Source: Bigelowiella natans CCMP2755
Taxonomy: Eukaryota; Protista; Cercozoa
NCBI GenBank assembly: GCA_000320545.1
Contig: ADNK01000855.1
Coordinates: 20,658 to 84,657, forward strand
Length of the DNA stretch: 64,000 nucleotides
Direction: 5' to 3'
Made by a program: the position numbers and the translations under genes. Positions 57,388-64,000 of the stretch are shown in pieces. The stretch's first letter is position 1. Each line of letters starts with the position of its first letter. A model generated the notes under the pieces. That model saw nothing but the letters and a program-made list of their open reading frames with translations, did no database searches and was not told the origin of the DNA.

Positions 57388-57918
57388 TGATGATGTTATA
57401 TCTGACGAGTCGTAGCACTTCCGTTTCTTTCATTTGGTTACGCCTTGCACATTATTTTGCTAAAAATCTAATAGCTTCATCAGAGCGATGATGGGGAATC
57501 TTTGAAAAAGTAGCATGCTCGTCTTACATGTGTCATGTTTGTGAGAGGCGGAAGGAGAATACGTGCACAAAGATGATGCACTTGTCGCGAAATGCATTGA
57601 AATCATGCATGCATTGCTGCTCACGGTCTTGCTGTTTGAGAGCAGAGCGCTTGTGGCATGACGACATCTGCTCATGTTGCATTTTCCAACGGGATGACTT
57701 TCTGATTGCCAATTGTCAAGACACAAGTGTCGCATGCCATGCAATTCGTTGTTCCCCATGCTGGCAGCATGGAATTCATTGAGCAAGCATGCACCACGTC
57801 AAAACAATGCAATCAGACAACGTGTGGATGCGTTGCATGCACGGCATTGTTTCGGGATCTGTGACAGACGATGGACATGCAATGTCACGTGTGCACTGCA
57901 CGTGCTGTCACTGTGTCC

Positions 57919-58105
57919 ATGGACACGCAACATCACGTGCATGCTGTGCATGCCATTGCTGTGTCTGCAATGCAGCTCATCAGTGTTGCCGGGATCGTGC
58001 TCAGCGACAACTCACCAGTGTCACTGGTGACAAGTGTGTGCGTGTGATCCGCATTGCAGACACAGCAACAGCGTGCACAATGTGCATGTGATGTCACCTG
58101 TCCAT
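57919..58105. repeat. Degenerate 55-bp inverted repeat (arms 57919-57973 and 58051-58105) with a central TCACCAGTG-T-CACTGGTGA hairpin
   Basis: 45 of 55 positions match. Nine of the 10 mismatches are transitions, including three reciprocal TG/CA pairs. Confidence 0.9.
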
Positions 58106-58345
58106 TGCCTGTCCATTGTCCGTTGCAAACTTGAAGGAGCAAATGGATGCATGCAATGTGCATGGGATCGTGAAAGAGACGAATCACACCCTTCAGTGAA
58201 AAGTGTGCGTGCACCCACAGCTCAGACTGCAGGCCCAATTGCGTGCCATCGTGAATCGAAACGAAGGGACGAAGCCACTGACTGAAGCTGCAAACGAACC
58301 ACGCACCGCTGCGCCAGGACACAAACGTTGTTCACACCGGCCACT

Positions 58346-58493
58346 GACATTGACACCAGTGCAGTTGTCAGTGCTCCTTTTCACCACTGACGTTTTTGAC
58401 ACCAGTCAGGTTGTCACTGATCACCAGTGAGGTTGTCACCAATCCCGGGCCCGGGATCAGTCACATTGACACCAGTGAGGTTGTCACCAATCC
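58346..58493. repeat. Four short degenerate direct repeats (core CACCAGTGAGGTTGTCA) around a perfect 16-bp palindrome ATCCCGGGCCCGGGAT
   Basis: Copies near 58353, 58400, 58422 and 58470; palindrome at 58442-58457. Confidence 0.8.
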
Positions 58494-59149
58494 AGGCGAG
58501 TGCTGCCCATGGCACTGACTTGAACTTCACGAAGAGGCGCCGGATTTTCGGATGATGGACTGGCTCAATGCCCTTCGAGTGCTTCTTGGAGCTTTCCAGT
58601 GTTGCACACACTGCAAAGAGCTGCTTTGAAAATTGTCAGCAAGCGAATGATGGCGTGTTTCACTTTGTTTGGTTGTTTGGATTGTCACAGGATGTCAGTC
58701 GACTCCAACTTGGTTCTTTCTCTGCTTCCACTTCAGGTTCCGGTGGTGGGCACCTTGATGATGTTGTTGTTGATGTTGTCTCGGTTGTCCACGTTCAGTG
58801 AAATTTTTGAGGGGACGTTCAGCAGACGTCAGGTTGCCAGATTTCATCATCGCAACGTGAATTGCAGAGGGGTGGTGGTCAAGGATGCAACTGTCAACCA
58901 GACTGCAGTCTGGATCTGGTCATCGATTTTGGCACATGGAAGCGTGCAACACTGCATGAGAAGCACAGGCGTCAGTCAGGCGAATCAACAATGCACAATG
59001 ATGAGTGAACAATGCAACAGAGAGAATTCTTGCATGTTTGATGCTCACACAATGCAGACTGCGATGAGCGAGCTAGCGAGGGCTCAGCGAGCAACACGCT
59101 CAATGAATGCAACGTGTGGATTTTGTCGGCACGTTCACACAAAGCATTG

Positions 59150-62100
59150 CAAACGGTGAAATCCAAGCAGCCAGCCCTGGAGCCACTGTTGGACTGTGTG
59201 CATGCGTGCATGGACAGACTTCTGAATTGCAATTGTGAACTCACATGAAAAATCATTTGAAAAATCCAGACACAAAAACATTGCTCACAATGCTCTTTGC
59301 AATGTTGCAGGAAAAAAAGAAAAAAAAAGGACAATGCCATTGCATTAGCAGAGATTAAATTTTTTTTTGAAAAATGCAAATTAGGGCTAACCGTTTACGA
59401 TGACATGCACAATTTAGTTGATAAGTTTGCACCTGAGAAATACAATGAGCACATCTCACCACGAAACTTCAGAGTTATGGTTCATAATAATCATGCTCAT
59501 TTGCTCAATCACCAAATCAAAGAATTAGAGCAGAAAAAAAAAAGAAGTAGAATGTGATAAATATTTGTTACAAGTCCATAACAAATACAAATTTAGAACA
59601 ATAGATGAAGATAAAAGTAATTGTTTCAAATTTATTAAAAATCTTAATGACATCGTATCTCATATTAAAACAGTTAATGATGAATGGATTAAATATTTTT
59701 ATTGTGGCGATATGAGGGAATTATTAATTGAAATGATAAATGTTCACAAATATGAACCTAAAATTTTCTTTCAACATAACAGAATACTTTCATTGTCATT
59801 TAGAATTAGCAATAAACACTGTGTTATTTCTCATCCTGATTATAACAATATGAATGACATTATTACTTATGATGTAAATGAAAATAACTATGAAAAATTT
59901 ACAAAAGCAGATGATGAATTCTATCAAAAAGTTATTAAAAAAGAACACATAAGCATCTTTAACGATGAAGCATTACGAATGAATGAAGCATATCCTAAAG
60001 GACCTGCTGTAGGTAGACTAAGTGATGACACTATTGGAAATGGTATTGATGTTAATAAATGCTATACTTGGGCTTTAAAATCAATCTCTCAAATTCCTAT
60101 TTTTCATTATTTTGACAACTGTGTTAAATATGATAATCATTCTATAGAAGACCTTACAATGTATGTTGTAATGAGTTTAGATGGAGGTGAAGCTCATAAT
60201 ATCTTATTATCTAAAAGATACAACAGAGTGTATGGATTTAAATTAAAACAAATGAATGAAAATAGTTATGATACTATACTACATTAGACCTTCTAATATT
60301 GCTACTGTTAAATTTAGTAAAGCAGTTAATGAGTTGTATAAAACAGAACTTGGAACAATTCATGCTAATAAATTTATTTGTAATACAATTACAGGACAAC
60401 TTGAGAAGAAATACAATCATAAATCAGTATGTAAAATTTACAAAAATTTGAATGAAGCAAACCATTATAAAAAATTATATGGTGGTGAAATTAATCCAAT
60501 AGATGATGATTTATTTTTACTTGTAAGAACTACTAAAAAACTTGTAAGAGAAACCTTCAAACCTATTAAAGATATGATATACGACCTTGTATCCATCAAG
60601 ATGTTTAATTTATATAACAAATGTCTATCTGTAGGATTACATCCTATAGCTATTAAAACTGATTGTATTATTGTATCTGATAAGGTAGAAAAGATTAAAC
60701 CTCACTTTGATTTTAATAAAAATATTGGTGGTGTAAAATTAGAGGAAAAAACTAAAGTTATGGGTAATTATTTTATTCCTTTAGAAAATGAACTGGTAGA
60801 ACCTAAAACAATCAATATTAATAAGATTGATATTATGAATGAATGGAACACAGAAGAAATTACAAATGTATTTGATAAATACGATAGAATACTTGTGAAT
60901 GCTTTATTACCAGGTAGTGGTAAAAGTTATTCAGTTAAGAAATACAAAGGTAAAAAAATCTTGTTCGTAGCACCGTTTAATAAATTATGCCAAAACATAA
61001 GAGAGAGCGGTCATAATGCTATTACATATCATAGGCTATTTAGTCTTAATATTCACAACAACGAATGTAAATACATAAGAAAATTTGATATTTCATCACA
61101 TGATGTTATCTGTTTTGATGAAATTTATATGTATTCACTACACCAACTATCAAAAATTAAGTTGTTTATGGATAAGCATACTAATAAAAAATTTATTGCT
61201 ACTGGTGATTTAGCTCAATTAGATCCTATTGAAAACGAATATCTGTTTAACAATGTTAAAAATATTGATGTTAGAACAACTGAAGCTATGAATGCTATGT
61301 TTCCTAACATTATAACTCTTAAAATCTGTAAGAGAGTAAAAACAGATGAGGAAAGAAATACTCTCGCACAATTAAAAGAAGAAATATTTGATGTAAAAAC
61401 TAAACCATTTGATGTATTAAAAAAATATTTTAAAGTTGTTAAAAGTATGGATAAAGTAAAGACACTTAACAACATTACCTTTTACAACTTTAGATCCCGT
61501 TCAGTAGGAAAGCATATCCATAGCCTACAAAAGAAACCCAGAAAAAAAAATTATGTAGATGGTATTTGCTACTATGCTGGTATGGAGATTGTATGTAAAA
61601 AGTACAATAAGAAACCAAAACTATATGTGAACTACACTTATGAAATTATTAAAGTAAATAAAAAGAATTTGTAATACAAGATGTATGTGATATGGAAGAA
61701 ATAAGAATTCCTATAGAATTAATTAGTAAGCATTTTAGATTGTCATATGCCTCTACCTGTCATAGTTTCCAAGGATTATCAGTTGATGGTCCTATCACCG
61801 TGTTTGATGCAAATACCTGTAGAATTAATCGCAAGTGGCTCTGGACTGCTATGACTCGCTCTACTGACCTATCACAGATACAAATATATCAGCACAGCGA
61901 TAAAGAATGCTACAGATTAAAGGAAAGTATGATTACTCAAAAACTACGAATGAAAGTATCTTCGTATAGATAGATCTCAGGACAAAAGAGCTGGTAGAAC
62001 ATGGGAAGAGAAGGAACATATTGATGAGAAATGGATAAAAAGAACTGTTAATAATCACCCTCACTGCCCTGTGTGTAGATGTGGATTTACTGCTGATAAT

Positions 62101-62310
62101 GTTTCTGTGGATAGAATTGATAATGCTCAACCTCATCTGTGGAATAATTGTAGATTGACTTGTGTGGAATGTAATCTTAGTAGAAATAATCAACAGACTT
62201 ACCCAGCATTTGGTGAGTACACCCCTCAGGATGTTGAGTTTGAAGATGGCTTTGAGGATCAATGGGTGAAACCTGGGTACGAAAACACCATCACTGGGCT
62301 GGAGCTTTGA
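59150..62310 (+). pseudogene. Frameshifted fusion gene: family-B DNA polymerase + superfamily-1 (RecD/Pif1-like) helicase + HNH/EndoVII-like nuclease; Polinton-like-virus/virophage-type replication module, intronless and AT-rich
   Basis: PolB motifs: A GIDVNKCYT (~60042), B KFICNTITG (~60370), C IKTDC (~60652). SF1 motifs: PGSGKS (~60910), ILFVAPFNKL, AITYHRLF, FDE (~61114), TGDLAQLDP, TCHSFQG, TAMTRS. C-terminal YRSQDKRAGR...CPVC...DRIDN...H..NNC.LTCVECN. Frameshifts near 59320, 59540, 60272, 61662 and 61970. Confidence 0.88.
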
Positions 62311-62372
62311 GGCATCGTGTGCCCGAAAATTTGACATTTAATGTCTTTGCCATGTCAGCCACACGTGTCAGT

Positions 62373-62534
62373 TCTTCACCGGAGACTCTCCCCGCTGCTG
62401 GGCATTCCGGGATGAAAATGGGAGTCCCTAATCTTCGGACACTAACGGACACTAACGGGCAATACCGGTAATACTCCCGGTAATGCTCTTTCCGGGGATT
62501 CGCCGCAACGAGAGTCTCCCGTGAAGATCTTCAC
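62373..62534. repeat. Nested inverted/direct repeat cluster immediately downstream of the polymerase-helicase gene
   Basis: 18-bp IR (62373-62390 / 62510-62527, 1 mismatch), inner IR (62402-62412 / 62475-62486, 1 indel), tandem GGACACTAAC x2, CCGGTAAT x2, and the 14-bp palindrome GTGAAGATCTTCAC (62521-62534). Confidence 0.8.
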
Positions 62535-62989
62535 ACCAGACATCATTTCCAACCCAATGAGAATAAGGTCACCCTAAATCATTTTTATGTCGTATGATAG
62601 GAGAGACATTTTCGTTATTAGACATTTTCGTTAGATCTAGTGGGGAAGATGCTGAAATTGTCTACCAGATGATTTATTGGGAAAAATTCCCAAAGTCCTC
62701 CAAAAATATCTTCATCCCAAATTTAAAATACTTGCTATTTTTGATCCTGCGACAGCAATTTCTGGCAGAGAATTCTAGAATTCAAAAGGTGACGTGGCGA
62801 AGATGATCATGGCGGCAAGATCATGAATGGGGCATGGAGATACAGATTGGGGGGCAGGGCTATGTCCTCAGTAGAGAAAAAGGGGGCGCGGAGGGGATAA
62901 GATGTCCGATATTTGATGTTCCGAGTGCTGTCTGCCTGCGTGCCTACCACCACCCATTTCAGTATCAAATGCTTATCTTTTTCCAGACA

Positions 62990-63958
62990 ATGTGGAGGGT
63001 TCGCATTGGTCAACGGCTTCGCGAATTACGAAGCAATAAAATGCTTGTGCGCGGTACGTGTTCCACGTAGTTTACCATCATTTCGCCGTAGCCGCAAAGC
63101 ACAAGACTCACACCCAATGTTCACTTCTCATCTTCATTCTCTACAGGCTTTGCAGCTGCAGGCGGAGCGGCAGCTGGGACAGGAATCCTCTCCCTTCCAG
63201 CGAAACACCCCGTGACGTTTGGTGCATCATTCACCAGCATGAAGACTACTGTTGCAGACATGTAACTGGACTTGATCGTTGATAATAGTGATGATGACGC
63301 TAGTGCAAGGAAACAACAACATTCGCAAGAACACTGATAACTGGATGCACGCATGCACTGCTGAGAACGGGAACGATAAGAAAAGCTTAATTTTAGTGCA
63401 CCGATTGACCACAGCTAAAAATTTATGTTTTGCTTGGCTTTGGTTTGCTGGCCTCTTGTCGTTGTACACCTAGCTTTGTTCAGAAGGTGATCGAGGGACG
63501 CAGCGAGATGGACTTCAAGCGCACGGCGGTATTTGCTAGCTTTGGATTTGCATACATGGGTGTTGCACAGTATTTCCTCTATGTGAAGCTCATGGCTGAG
63601 AGGTAGTTGATGGCCACACACGATATACTCAATAGACACGCATACAGGTAGGCACAGATAGCTAATCATACACTTTGCATATAGATGGTTCCCGAACGCC
63701 GGAGAATATGCGGCGAAGACGATCGCTGAGAAGACACGGGATGTCGTCGGGACAAGAAATCTCTTCGCGCAGGTACAGCGACTCTTTTGAAAATTGAAGA
63801 AATAATACTATCAGTCATAAGATCATTTCTTTCCTATTTTTGCCTAATGGATATTGTTGTTGTTGAAATCCTGCTTCCTGGTTCAGGTTGCAATCGATCA
63901 ATTCTGGCATATTCCTTTCGTGTTTTTTCCATGCTATTACACAACGAAAGAGCTCATC
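62990..63958 (+). CDS. Mpv17/PMP22-family membrane protein, multi-exon, 3' end runs off the right edge
   Basis: Exons read MWRVRIGQRLRELRSNKMLVR-GFAAAGG...KHPVTFGASFTSMKTTVAD, MDFKRTAVFASFGFAYMGVAQYFLYVKL, WFPNAGEYAAKTIAEK...NLFAQ, VAIDQFWHIPFVFFPCYYTTKE. Confidence 0.85.
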
Positions 63959-64000
63959 ATGGGTGGGTGATAACGACGTTTATTTGTATGTGTGGTGTGT

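Larger units (their letters stand above)
57562..59345. other. TpA-erased (TpG/CpA-enriched) tract; degenerate left part of the polymerase-helicase mobile element
   Basis: A manual scan finds a single TA (59074-59075, in GCTAGC) in 1,784 bp, against ~110 expected at equal base frequencies. CG dinucleotides persist. A counted 60-bp line is 53% GC versus 17-28% in counted lines of the adjacent unmutated element. Confidence 0.95.

Noticed and set aside
58346-58493. Short direct repeats considered as a CRISPR-like array
   Set aside because: Only four degenerate copies, irregular spacing, no unique spacers of constant length, no cas genes, and a eukaryotic context.
57460-59159. Cluster of Cys/His/Met-rich ORFs on both strands that look like metal-binding proteins
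   Set aside because: An artefact of TA loss: without TA there are no TAA/TAG stops or Tyr codons, and TG/CA enrichment yields Cys, His, Met and Val. The same applies to the ORFs inside the MITE (32527-33321 etc.).
57562-59345. CpG-methylation decay or classical RIP as the cause of the TG/CA excess
   Set aside because: Both deplete CG or CA and generate TA. Here CG and CA are plentiful, TA is missing, and GC content is higher than in the adjoining unmutated element.
60256-61973. Helitron (Rep-Hel) interpretation of the SF1 helicase
   Set aside because: The upstream domain has family-B polymerase motifs rather than HUH/Y2 Rep motifs.

Overview
Intron-rich, microsatellite-rich eukaryotic (protist-like) nuclear DNA with GT-AG introns; I cannot assign the taxon from the sequence. 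About 13 host genes could be assembled by eye: a coiled-coil protein, an A1 aspartic protease, a glutathione S-transferase, mitochondrial Hsp70, a small CaaX protein, a GT61-like membrane protein, a gene ending in an Sfr1/Mei5-like domain, a UIM + nested-C2 protein, an SH3-p22phox-NOX fusion, a His-rich/TPR/COG0523 GTPase, an SCI1-like protein, a large uncharacterised gene and an Mpv17/PMP22 protein. Two mobile elements are present: a 962-bp MITE with 45-bp TIRs and an 8-bp TSD, and an AT-rich, frameshifted family-B polymerase + SF1 helicase + HNH/EndoVII-like gene of Polinton-like-virus type. The strongest signal is that mobile DNA has had its TpA dinucleotides almost completely converted to TpG/CpA. 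There is 1 TA in 1,784 bp at 57562-59345 and 3 TA in the 962-bp MITE, and every survivor is in CTAG. The arms of an inverted repeat differ by reciprocal TG/CA pairs, and the polymerase gene carries apparent Tyr->Cys/His codon changes only in its 5' part. This looks like a repeat-targeted A:T->G:C hypermutation, opposite in direction to fungal RIP. Exon structures were assembled manually and need transcript confirmation.
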